Source: an uncultured Gammaproteobacteria bacterium (GTDB lineage: Bacteria; Patescibacteriota; Patescibacteriia; Magasanikbacterales; GWA2-37-8). From it: a stretch of 64,000 bases of DNA. How positions within the stretch are numbered: position 1 is the stretch's first letter; every line of letters begins with the position of its first letter. Both the position numbers and the translations under genes were made by a program. The stretch is from positions 64,445 to 128,444 of the forward strand of contig CAYHBZ010000001.1 of NCBI GenBank assembly GCA_964355175.1, written 5' to 3'. The notes under the pieces are model-generated. The model was not told where the DNA came from and did no database searches. It worked only from the letters and a program-made list of their open reading frames with translations. This document shows, one piece after another, positions 1 to 8,097 of the stretch.

Positions 1-54
1 AAAGTGTATAAAATTTTACTGTCTATATAAGTCAGAGTGTGCTAAGATGTGCTT

Positions 55-1182
55 ATGAAAATCGCTACTAATATAGCTCGCGACGATTTCGGCGGAATTA
101 CCATTTCAAATCTGGCGCTTTTTGATTGGCTGGAAGATAAAGAAGATACAATTGTGGGAATTGAAATAATTTCCAAGCGACATATTATGGGAGCAGTGAT
201 ATTTGGACGCTATCTGCCATCTTTTTTTACTCATCATATTATCAGCGCTCTCGACATTTTTCCACGCTATTCCTGGGAAAAAATGGGCAACCCTAAAAAG
301 AATTGGAAACTTATAATAGAAGCCGCTAAAAAAGTTCTGGTCAAAGAAGTTCCGGACATTCTTTTAATTAATGGTACCTACAATGTGCCGTGGATTTTGG
401 CGCAAGCTGCGAAGGATTTAGGGATTCCTATCGTATTGCGTTATGCAGGAGTACTACAAAAAGAAGTGGTACATAAAAATATTTTTATTCGCCACCGTTT
501 ATTGGCATATGAAAAATGGTTGGTATCTTCTGCCAGCGCCGTAATTTTTCCTTCGGCTGTCTGTCAAAAAGCCGTAGAAGAAGAAATAACAAGACATCCG
601 ATAAAAAATAGTGTAATTATTCCCAACCCGGCCAATCACTATAAAACTCATTTGCGTCGTCGGGTGGAGCGTTATACTATAGCGGCTATAGGACGCTGGA
701 CACCAGTGAAAAATTTTCAAGCTTTTGTCGCTTTACACAAACAACTCTTGTGTGAAAATTGGCCGCATCGCGCGGTGATGGTTACTTCTTATTGGGAGAA
801 ACGTTTCGGTTTGCCCGAAACCATCAGACAACAATCTTCAATGAGTCACGAAGAACTTTTAAAGTTTTATAAATCTATCAATTTGTTGGTAGTGGCTTCC
901 CATTTTGAAACTTTCTGTAATGTCGCCGCAGAAGCGCTTATCAGTGGTACATCAGTTTTGGTTTCCAAAAATGTCGGCTTTTCCGAAATACTTATTAAAG
1001 CCGGACTCAAAAGAATGGTGATAGACTCATTTGACGATCCAACAGCAGTCGCCAAAGCGGTGAAAAGAATTGCTGAAATAAAACTTTCTAAAAAAGAAAT
1101 TGATAAAGTGACCGCGTTGCTAGATCCACAGATTGTTCATCAACGTATTTTGAATGTGCTCAACGAGGTTATCAAGGGATAG
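55..1182 (+). CDS. Glycosyltransferase family 4 (GT-B fold)
   Basis: N-terminal GG motif, IIPN, IGRWTPVKN, and ETFCNVAAEAL (E-x7-E signature). ATG at 55 preferred over GTG at 49. Confidence 0.85.
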   Translation: MKIATNIARDDFGGITISNLALFDWLEDKEDTIVGIEIISKRHIMGAVIFGRYLPSFFTHHIISALDIFPRYSWEKMGNPKKNWKLIIEAAKKVLVKEVPDILLINGTYNVPWILAQAAKDLGIPIVLRYAGVLQKEVVHKNIFIRHRLLAYEKWLVSSASAVIFPSAVCQKAVEEEITRHPIKNSVIIPNPANHYKTHLRRRVERYTIAAIGRWTPVKNFQAFVALHKQLLCENWPHRAVMVTSYWEKRFGLPETIRQQSSMSHEELLKFYKSINLLVVASHFETFCNVAAEALISGTSVLVSKNVGFSEILIKAGLKRMVIDSFDDPTAVAKAVKRIAEIKLSKKEIDKVTALLDPQIVHQRILNVLNEVIKG

Positions 1183-1195
1183 TACGGGCTTTAAA

Positions 1196-1224
1196 TTGAC
1201 ATTTTCCCAATAGTATACTATAAT
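1196..1224 (+). promoter_or_regulatory. Sigma70 promoter for the terC leader
   Basis: TTGACA (1196-1201), 17 bp, TATAAT (1219-1224): perfect consensus. Confidence 0.85.
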
Positions 1225-1236
1225 AAATTTGCCTTG

Positions 1237-1338
1237 GATATTGTGGAGTAAGTGGTGAGAAGTCTTTTGTCAAAAACAAATGCGCCTACTTGCAAAGAAA
1301 CAATATCAATTATAACCGGCCTTTGGCTTGGTTTTTTT
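1237..1338 (+). promoter_or_regulatory. Putative yybP-ykoY (Mn2+) riboswitch with intrinsic terminator
   Basis: GATATTGT (1237-1244) pairs with ACAATATC (1300-1307). Internal loop GGAGTA / GCAAAGA. TTTGT-CAAAA-ACAAA hairpin. Terminator AACCGGCC-TTT-GGCTTGGTT followed by a T run. Directly upstream of a TerC/Alx gene. Confidence 0.7.
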
Positions 1339-1345
1339 ATTTAAT

Positions 1346-2266
1346 ATGGACGTACAAAATTATTTATTCATTTTGTTTGGTATAGTGATAGTAGGATTTT
1401 TGGTAGCCGATCTTGGGTATTTTAATAAAGCCAACCATAAAATAGAACCTAAATCAGCTCTTATTCAATCATTATTTTGGATAGGAATGGCGTTTGGTTT
1501 TGGTTTTTTGATTTTCTTGTTCATTAGCAGAGAGGCCGCGGCTGAATTCATGAGCGCTTATGTCACTGAGAAAATGCTCTCGGTAGATAATCTTTTTGTG
1601 ATCATGTTGATCTTCAGTTATTTCAAATTAGATGAGAAATATCATCACCGAGTATTATTTTGGGGTATTTTAGGAGCGATAGTCTTTAGAGCTTTGTTTA
1701 TCACCGGCGGCGCTTATATTATTCACCAGTTCTATTGGGTGCTTTATATATTTGGAGCAATTTTGGTTTATACCGGTATCAAATTGCTAAGAGACAAAAA
1801 AGAGGAACATATTGATTTCAAACATAACGCCATTATTCGTCTGGCCCATAAATTTTTGCCTTTTACCGATAGTCACCACAATGGTAAATTTTTTTTCAAA
1901 GAAAAAGGTAAATTCTATTTCACTTCCTTGTTTCTAATAGTTCTGTTAATCGAAGGTACGGATATTATTTTCGCGGTTGATTCAATTCCGGCGGTATTTT
2001 CCATATCACAAAATCTGTTTATAGTGTTTACCTCCAATATTTTTGCTATCATGGGTCTACGAGCCTTATTCTTTTTAATCGAAAGTGTCTTGCACCGATT
2101 CCATCATTTACAAAAAGGTCTGGCTTTTATCTTATTATTCATTGGGGCCAAGATGTTGTCGGGAATTTTCGGTTTTCACCTGTCTTCACTGGTATCCTTT
2201 GGTGTTATCATGCTTGCTTTGGGCGCTTCGATGGTTTTGTCGGTAATTTTCCCAAAGAAAATATAA
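1346..2266 (+). CDS. TerC/Alx family metal-homeostasis membrane protein
   Basis: EKMLSVDNLFV, HRVLFWGILGAIVFR, DIIFAVDSIPAV and SNIFAIMGLRALFF motifs. ATG at 1346 lies after the leader terminator. Confidence 0.92.
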   Translation: MDVQNYLFILFGIVIVGFLVADLGYFNKANHKIEPKSALIQSLFWIGMAFGFGFLIFLFISREAAAEFMSAYVTEKMLSVDNLFVIMLIFSYFKLDEKYHHRVLFWGILGAIVFRALFITGGAYIIHQFYWVLYIFGAILVYTGIKLLRDKKEEHIDFKHNAIIRLAHKFLPFTDSHHNGKFFFKEKGKFYFTSLFLIVLLIEGTDIIFAVDSIPAVFSISQNLFIVFTSNIFAIMGLRALFFLIESVLHRFHHLQKGLAFILLFIGAKMLSGIFGFHLSSLVSFGVIMLALGASMVLSVIFPKKI

Positions 2267-2290
2267 GTTGATCTCTAAATAATTTATAAT

Positions 2291-2488
2291 ATGGCTTGGT
2301 ACAAAAAACAACTCGCGGAAAAATTAAAACAATTGGAAGGTAAAAAATCCAAACCAAAATCAAAAAAAGAAGAGGTGTCTACTCCGTCACGCCCCTCATT
2401 TGACCCTCGAAAAATAAAAGGTAGCCGCTTTAGTCCTAGTCCGGTGGCGGCTCGCAATATCAACCGACCAAAAACTGACAAACCTTAA
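2291..2488 (+). CDS. Small Lys-rich hypothetical protein
   Basis: 65-aa ORF preceded by a TATAAT-like box and followed by a terminator. Confidence 0.6.
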   Translation: MAWYKKQLAEKLKQLEGKKSKPKSKKEEVSTPSRPSFDPRKIKGSRFSPSPVAARNINRPKTDKP

Positions 2489-2494
2489 TCTAAA

Positions 2495-2533
2495 ATAAAA
2501 AATAGTCCCGACTAAGTCGGGACTATTTTTTAT
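2495..2533. terminator. Bidirectional intrinsic terminator
   Basis: ATAAAAAATAGTCCCGACT-A-AGTCGGGACTATTTTTTAT between convergent genes. Confidence 0.9.
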
Positions 2534-2544
2534 TATCTATTATG

Positions 2545-3042
2545 CTATTCTAAAAACGAATTTTTTCTTACTATGCTTAAAGATTTCCACCATCTTCCCA
2601 GACCAAAGTAATCCTCGGATCTGATACTGGTGGTGGCTAGGCTGAGAAAAATGACCATATATACCACATGCTCATCGAATATAGGATTATTTTTTGGAAG
2701 TAGTAGTGCTAGCCACATCAAAAACATCATGATCATTCCGGCAAAACTGGAAATTTTTATGGCGACACCCAAAATTAATCCGGTTCCAATGGCCAATAAT
2801 CCAAACATAAATAGGCAATCCACCACTACACTGCCGGATAAAGAATTAAAGAAACCGGTAAATGGCCCGGTAACACCCATCTTCAAAAATCCGCTGGTAG
2901 GGGAGCCACCGTTTATCCAAGCCTGGGCGGGCTTCGTAGCAAAACCCAAACCAAATAATTTATCAAAAAATGCCCACAAGAAAATAAAACCCATTATAAA
3001 CCGGCCGATTGTCCAAACGTATACGTCTGAAATATGTTGCAT
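2545..3042 (-). CDS. DoxX / thiosulfate:quinone oxidoreductase-like membrane protein
   Basis: R.IMGFIFLWAFFDKLFGLGFAT...AWINGGSPT.GFL and NNP.FDEH motifs. Confidence 0.85.
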   Translation of the reverse strand: MQHISDVYVWTIGRFIMGFIFLWAFFDKLFGLGFATKPAQAWINGGSPTSGFLKMGVTGPFTGFFNSLSGSVVVDCLFMFGLLAIGTGLILGVAIKISSFAGMIMMFLMWLALLLPKNNPIFDEHVVYMVIFLSLATTSIRSEDYFGLGRWWKSLSIVRKNSFLE

Positions 3043-3073
3043 ATTTTTTATTAAAATTAAATATTAAATTATT

Positions 3074-3106
3074 AAAAAATAAAAACTCACCTTGGGAGCG
3101 AGCTTC
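3074..3106 (-). terminator. Leader terminator (attenuator) upstream of doxX
   Basis: Minus strand AAGCTCGCT-CCCAA-GGTGAGTTT followed by TTATTTTTT. Confidence 0.6.
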
Positions 3107-3164
3107 TAGAGCGGGGTAGCTTCGTGCACATTTGACAGCGATATTCTTTTATCGACTGATTCAT
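3087..3164 (-). CDS. Putative 25-aa CxxC leader peptide MNQSIKEYRCQMCTKLPRSRSSLPR
   Basis: Translated by hand. Lies between a consensus promoter and a terminator hairpin that overlaps its stop codon. Confidence 0.55.
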   Translation of the reverse strand: MNQSIKEYRCQMCTKLPRSRSSLPR

Positions 3165-3185
3165 AATATCATAACTTACAAAAAT

Positions 3186-3214
3186 ATTATAACATGACGG
3201 CGTAGCGTTGTCTA
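3186..3214 (-). promoter_or_regulatory. Sigma70 promoter for the doxX leader
   Basis: Minus strand TAGACA, 17 bp, TATAAT, with a TG extended -10. Confidence 0.75.
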
Positions 3215-3715
3215 CAAATTTGAAATAGAAATAATCTTACATTTGATATTTCCATTTTCTCGCTCTATCTCAAATTCCTCATCAATCTTTTTTTCCATCA
3301 AAGCGATTCCGACGGGGGAGTTATGAGAAATAATCCCATTGGATGGGTCTGATTCTACCGATCCTAGCAGTTTAAAAGTTTTTATTTTACCGTTCATTTC
3401 CACCGTGACTGTATTTCCAATCCGTACCTTGTCCGTATCACCAGAATTTTCTATCAAAACCGCATTATCAATCTGCTTTTGCAAAGCAAATATCCCTCCA
3501 TTAATCCCGCGCAACTTCCCCTTGGCTAGCTGATACTCCACATTTTCCGAAAAATCTCCAAGCTCGGCCAGGCGAGCCACCTCAGCCGCGGCAAATGGTT
3601 TGGATTGCTTTAAATGTTCCAATTTTTCTTTCAAATCTTCCAATTTATCGGCTGTCAAAAGCGGATCCTGTTTCATCTGGCTGAAAATTCCGGGCTTTCG
3701 GTAAGGAATACGCAT
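3212..3715 (-). CDS. GreA/GreB family transcription elongation factor (paralog with N-terminal extension)
   Basis: GDFSENVEYQ acidic tip and C-terminal IS..SPVG.AL motif. Confidence 0.9.
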   Translation of the reverse strand: MRIPYRKPGIFSQMKQDPLLTADKLEDLKEKLEHLKQSKPFAAAEVARLAELGDFSENVEYQLAKGKLRGINGGIFALQKQIDNAVLIENSGDTDKVRIGNTVTVEMNGKIKTFKLLGSVESDPSNGIISHNSPVGIALMEKKIDEEFEIERENGNIKCKIISISNL

Positions 3716-3825
3716 TTGTTTATATTAGATTTTTTAACGAATTTTCTAGGCAACCCTTGCTTTTTATTAAAAAATATGATAAGCTTCATTTCTTATTATA
3801 CTTTAATTAAATAAATAAGCAAATT

Positions 3826-4377
3826 ATGAAAAATTTTAGTCGACCAAGCAGCGGCGGCAGTAGAGATTTCGGCAAGAAAAGCTTCCCTGGCCGCGGTTTT
3901 GGTGGCGGTGGTGGCAGAAGCTTTGGTGGTGACCGTGGCGGTGATCGCGGCGGAGACCGACCAATGTTTTCGGCTACTTGCAGCAAATGTGGCAAAGACG
4001 CTCAGCTTCCTTTCAGACCAAGCGGTGACCGTCCGGTTTTCTGCAGCAACTGTTTTGAAACTGAAAAGAACTCCGCTCCAAGCTTTGGTGGCGCTTCCAG
4101 CTTTTCTCGCCCACCTCGCAGTTTCGACCGACCTAGCTTTGGCGACCGTCGTCCGACTCCTATGGCCGCTCCAGCTGTAAATTTGGACCAATTCAAAGCT
4201 CAATTTGAAGCCTTGAACACCAAGCTTGATCGTTTGATCCGCGCAATTGCTCCAAACGAAGCGGTTGTGTCTGAAGAAAAAGCTCCAAAAGCAAGTTTGG
4301 GTAGCAAAGCTAAAGCCGCTCCAGTAGAAGCTCCAGCAAAACCAGCTAAAAAAGCTGCTGCAAAAAAGAAGAAATAA
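3826..4377 (+). CDS. CxxC-x17-CxxC zinc-ribbon protein with RGG-rich N-terminus and Lys/Ala-rich tail
   Basis: MFSATCSKCGKDAQLPFRPSGDRPVFCSNCF. Confidence 0.88.
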   Translation: MKNFSRPSSGGSRDFGKKSFPGRGFGGGGGRSFGGDRGGDRGGDRPMFSATCSKCGKDAQLPFRPSGDRPVFCSNCFETEKNSAPSFGGASSFSRPPRSFDRPSFGDRRPTPMAAPAVNLDQFKAQFEALNTKLDRLIRAIAPNEAVVSEEKAPKASLGSKAKAAPVEAPAKPAKKAAAKKKK

Positions 4378-4386
4378 TACTAGCTA

Positions 4387-4415
4387 TTGACAAACACCAC
4401 ATTTTGTGGTATACT
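4387..4415 (+). promoter_or_regulatory. Sigma70 promoter for the cold-shock gene
   Basis: TTGACA (4387-4392), 17 bp, TATACT (4410-4415). Confidence 0.8.
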
Positions 4416-4480
4416 TGTTTTCTACATGGAAATAGTAGTCGAATTTCTGAACATGTAAGTTTACCAATAATTTTAGACCT

Positions 4481-4684
4481 ATGAAAGGATCTATCAAAAC
4501 TCTCGTAACCGACAAGAACTTTGGCTTCATTACTCCAGAATCTGGAGAAAAAGACATTTTCTTCCACGTTACAGCTCTCCAGGGCGTGCAGTTCTCCGAA
4601 TTGCGCACTGGCGATATGGTTGAATTCGAAGTAGAAGAAACTGAAAAAGGCCCTCGTGCTATCAATGTAGCTCGCGCCGCTTAA
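4481..4684 (+). CDS. cspA: Cold-shock domain protein
   Basis: KNFGFI (RNP1), DIFFH (RNP2), KGPRAINV. Confidence 0.95.
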   Translation: MKGSIKTLVTDKNFGFITPESGEKDIFFHVTALQGVQFSELRTGDMVEFEVEETEKGPRAINVARAA

Positions 4685-4700
4685 TAAGTTTTCAACTTCA

Positions 4701-4731
4701 AAAAACACTCTGATTATGTCAGGGTGTTTTT
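4701..4731 (+). terminator. Intrinsic terminator
   Basis: AAAAACACTCTGA-TTATG-TCAGGGTGTTTTT. Confidence 0.85.
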
Positions 4732-4805
4732 GTTTTTATTAGCTTTTTAAACTGGCTCCGGTTCTAATTTTATGGTATAGTTTAATCTGGATTAATCCAT
4801 TATTT

Positions 4806-6053
4806 ATGCGTATTGCAATTATCGGCGCGGGCGCGGCAGGCATGATGGCAGCCGCTACCATAAATGAAGAATCTCCGGAAGCAGAAGTTTTTTTAATTGA
4901 AAAAAATGACGGTTTGGGCAAAAAGGTAATTATCTCAGGCGGTGGCCGCTGTAATGTTACTACCGGTATTACTGATTTAAAAATTGTTACCAAAAAATAC
5001 CCGCGTGGAGAAAAGTTTTTAATTTCCAGCATGCACCGTTTTTCACCAGAAGATGTCCGGGCCTGGTTTGAGTCTCATGGGGTACCTCTCAAATGCGAAG
5101 ATGATCTACGTGTTTTTCCGGTTTCCAATGATGGACATGACGTGGTGCGCGCTTTTGAAACAATTTTTTCCGACAGCAATACAAAGATATTTAAAAAATC
5201 CGCTGTCCAAGCGATAGAACGAAATATGGCAAATAAAAAGTTTGTAATACAGATAAAGGGTCAGCCAGATATCGAAGCTGACTATGTGGTGTTGTCTCTG
5301 GGAGGCCAAGCCTATCGCCATACCGGGTCTACCGGTGACGGATACACCCTGGCTGAGAGCCTAGGCCATCAGATTACGCCTCTGGCGGCTAGTTTGAACT
5401 CATTTATCACCACCGAAGCCTGGCCGGCTAGTATCAGTGGAGTATCTTTTGAGCGTGCCACCTTCACCGCTGAGGGGGAGAAAAAATATAGTTTTACCGG
5501 ACCTTTTTTATTTACCCATCGTGGCATTAGCGGTCCCGCAGTATTTGCCCTATCTTCACTCATAGCCTTTGAAGATTATGGTCCAAAAAAACCTTTTGCA
5601 ATTTTTATTGATCTGTTGCCGGATGTTAAAGCGGAAAATTTAGCCTCTGAAATCAAAGAGATTATAAATAAAAATCCCAAGAAAAGTTTCCGGACTATTC
5701 TACATACCTATGTGCCGCGTTCGGTGGTAGAGACTCTAGAAAAAGAATTCCATTTACCTTTGGAAAAAAAGAGTGCCGAAGTAAGCAATAAACAAATTCA
5801 AGCGGTGATAGAAAAATTAAAACATCTGCCTGTGCACGCTGTCGGTCGGGGAGCGGGAGACGAATTCGTCACTGCCGGTGGCGTAAAATTGGAAGAAGTT
5901 AATCCCAGCACGATGGAGTCGTTAATTTGTCCAAATTTATATTTTGCCGGAGAAATTTTGGCTATCGACGGCTTTACCGGCGGCTTCAATCTGCAGGCCG
6001 CTTGGGCTACCGGTCACGCGGTCGGTGAAAGTATAGTAAATAAACTGCAATGA
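4806..6053 (+). CDS. HI0933/YhiN/BaiN family FAD-dependent oxidoreductase
   Basis: IIGAGAAG, ISGGGRCNVT, LFTHRGISGP, VTAGGV and GFTGGFNLQAAW motifs. Confidence 0.95.
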   Translation: MRIAIIGAGAAGMMAAATINEESPEAEVFLIEKNDGLGKKVIISGGGRCNVTTGITDLKIVTKKYPRGEKFLISSMHRFSPEDVRAWFESHGVPLKCEDDLRVFPVSNDGHDVVRAFETIFSDSNTKIFKKSAVQAIERNMANKKFVIQIKGQPDIEADYVVLSLGGQAYRHTGSTGDGYTLAESLGHQITPLAASLNSFITTEAWPASISGVSFERATFTAEGEKKYSFTGPFLFTHRGISGPAVFALSSLIAFEDYGPKKPFAIFIDLLPDVKAENLASEIKEIINKNPKKSFRTILHTYVPRSVVETLEKEFHLPLEKKSAEVSNKQIQAVIEKLKHLPVHAVGRGAGDEFVTAGGVKLEEVNPSTMESLICPNLYFAGEILAIDGFTGGFNLQAAWATGHAVGESIVNKLQ

Positions 6054-7372
6054 TAAAGAAAAATTTTCTTTTCAAAATAGTCGCCGCGCTCATAATAGTA
6101 TCCAGTCTATTTCCTTTTAGCCTGCCCGCGTTTTCCGCCGATACCCAGGTGCAATTGGAGCAACAGCTCAAAGATTTGGAACAAGAAATAACCAGTTTAC
6201 AAAAACAACTAAACCTTACCACTGCGCAAAAAAATACTTTGGCCAACAAAATAAAACAGCTAAAATTAAAACAAAGTGAGCTGAGCGCTTTGATAAAACA
6301 AACAACCGTGAAAATCGACAAACTAGAGGGTAATATCAATGTCGCTGAAAAAGATTTAAAAACTAACGCTATCAGAGAAATGGAGCTGAAGGGCAATCTA
6401 ATCCGAATGATAAAAATTTCGAACCAATCCGATAAAGAGATTCTATTGGCTTTGGTATCAGCCGACGGCATGTCCAGTTTTTTTGATGAGGTTCAAAACT
6501 ATCTCAACATTTCAATTGGTTTAGAAGACATCGTCAAACAGCTACAAAAAATTCGTGTCGATATTAATCACAAAAAAACAATTTTAGAGGATCAAAAAAA
6601 TGACGCTGATAATTTATTGCAGGTTAAAACTATTCAAAAACAAGAATTGTTAAATAATATTGATGAGCAAAGTGAATTGCTCCAAAAAACTAAAGGTTTG
6701 GAAGCAAATTATAGCAGCAGTTTATCCGACAAAAAAAAGCTGGCTGTTCAGATACGCAGCCGTATTTATGAATTATTTAATACCGGCAAACAGATAAATT
6801 TCGGAGAAGCAGTGGAAATTGCCAAGCTGGCCAATCGTCTTACCGGTATCAATGTCGCTTTTGTGCTCGCGATTCTGACCCAAGAATCCAACCTGGGGAA
6901 AAATGTCGGCACCTGCAACCGGCCCAATGATCCGCCGGAAAAAAGCTGGAAAGTGATAATGAAACCAACGCGTGATCAGGAACCATTTAAAAAAATTACC
7001 GAAGAGCTTGGTTTGAATATCGACGCCACACCGGTCTCTTGTCCGATGAAAGATAAAAAAGGTAATCAAGTAGGCTGGGGTGGGGCAATGGGGCCGGCAC
7101 AGTTTATCCCCTCGACCTGGATGGGCTTTAAAGATAAGGTAGCGGCCATAACTGGAAAAGGCATGGCCAATCCTTGGGACATTCGCGATGCCTTTATCGC
7201 TTCCGGACTCAAATTAAGAGCCGCCGGAGCCGCGGATACGGAAGCCAGCTGGTGGAAAGCCGGGATGATATATTTTTCCGGCTCTACCAATACGCAATTT
7301 CGCTTTTACGGTGATAATGTGGTATCATTAACCAAGAAGTACCAACAAGATATTGAGAATCTCAATAATTAA
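6050..7372 (+). CDS. Secreted coiled-coil protein with C-terminal lytic murein transglycosylase domain
   Basis: Signal peptide, long heptad region, AILTQES and GGAMGPAQFIPSTW. Confidence 0.88.
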   Translation: MIKKNFLFKIVAALIIVSSLFPFSLPAFSADTQVQLEQQLKDLEQEITSLQKQLNLTTAQKNTLANKIKQLKLKQSELSALIKQTTVKIDKLEGNINVAEKDLKTNAIREMELKGNLIRMIKISNQSDKEILLALVSADGMSSFFDEVQNYLNISIGLEDIVKQLQKIRVDINHKKTILEDQKNDADNLLQVKTIQKQELLNNIDEQSELLQKTKGLEANYSSSLSDKKKLAVQIRSRIYELFNTGKQINFGEAVEIAKLANRLTGINVAFVLAILTQESNLGKNVGTCNRPNDPPEKSWKVIMKPTRDQEPFKKITEELGLNIDATPVSCPMKDKKGNQVGWGGAMGPAQFIPSTWMGFKDKVAAITGKGMANPWDIRDAFIASGLKLRAAGAADTEASWWKAGMIYFSGSTNTQFRFYGDNVVSLTKKYQQDIENLNN

Positions 7373-7378
7373 AAACCT

Positions 7379-7834
7379 ATGTCAAAAAAAATAAAAACTC
7401 TCTTATTTTTAAGTTTGGCCCTAGTATCTCTTTTTTTAATAACACCAGCCGTCTTCGCCAAAACACCACCAAAACCGGTAAAGAAAACTGAAGTTGTCAA
7501 AAAAGTGGTAGTAACAAAAAAAGTTGTCAAAAAAGTGGTCAAACCGGTAAAAAAAGCCGTAGTAAAAAAGACAGCTACCAAAAATATTCCGATGAATCAG
7601 CTGCCGAATCCCAACTCAGCTGGATCTGCTCCGATGAAGATCTACTTAAAAACTATCAACGACGCCCGTCTCACTTTTAAAAAAGAACAGGCTAAAGCAA
7701 AAACCAAAGAAGTCAAACAGGCGGCCGAAGATAAATATTCTCAAGCGGTACAAGAAGCGATGGACATATTAAGTGCTTCCAAAATAAACACCACAACAAA
7801 CACCGCGGAAAATTCTTCTAGCACAAACCAATAA
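7379..7834 (+). CDS. Secreted low-complexity (KKVV-repeat) hypothetical protein
   Basis: Signal peptide ending VFA, then Lys/Val repeats. Confidence 0.75.
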   Translation: MSKKIKTLLFLSLALVSLFLITPAVFAKTPPKPVKKTEVVKKVVVTKKVVKKVVKPVKKAVVKKTATKNIPMNQLPNPNSAGSAPMKIYLKTINDARLTFKKEQAKAKTKEVKQAAEDKYSQAVQEAMDILSASKINTTTNTAENSSSTNQ

Positions 7835-7875
7835 TTAAAAAATCCCTCGAATTACTCGGGGGATTTTTTAATTAT
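7831..7875. terminator. Bidirectional terminator
   Basis: ATAATTAAAAAATCCCTCGA-ATTAC-TCGGGGGATTTTTTAATTAT. Confidence 0.88.
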
Positions 7876-7982
7876 TTTTGTCTTTTACCCAGGCGAATAT
7901 GTCTGGTTTTGGCTTTTACAGCCTTGCCTTTTTTGGTATTTTTCTTGGCATGGTCCAAGCGGGCACGTAGGGCTCCATTCAT
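7872..7982 (-). CDS. 36-aa highly basic microprotein MNGALRARLDHAKKNTKKGKAVKAKTRHIRLGKRQK
   Basis: Translated by hand. Own minus-strand promoter (TTGATT, 16 bp, TATAAT; 8042-8015). Stop codon abuts the bidirectional terminator. Confidence 0.7.
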   Translation of the reverse strand: MNGALRARLDHAKKNTKKGKAVKAKTRHIRLGKRQK

Positions 7983-8097
7983 AAAAATAGGATTACTTAA
8001 TTTAACTGCTTATTATTATACACCTTTTTTAGAAAAAATCAATAGGAGTGGGTTTTTACCTTTGCAATTTAAGCTGTTTTTTGGTAAAATTTAGCTC

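Noticed and set aside
7909-8094. 61-aa plus-strand ORF
   Set aside because: TTG start, overlaps promoters, and is the shadow of the basic minus-strand microprotein.
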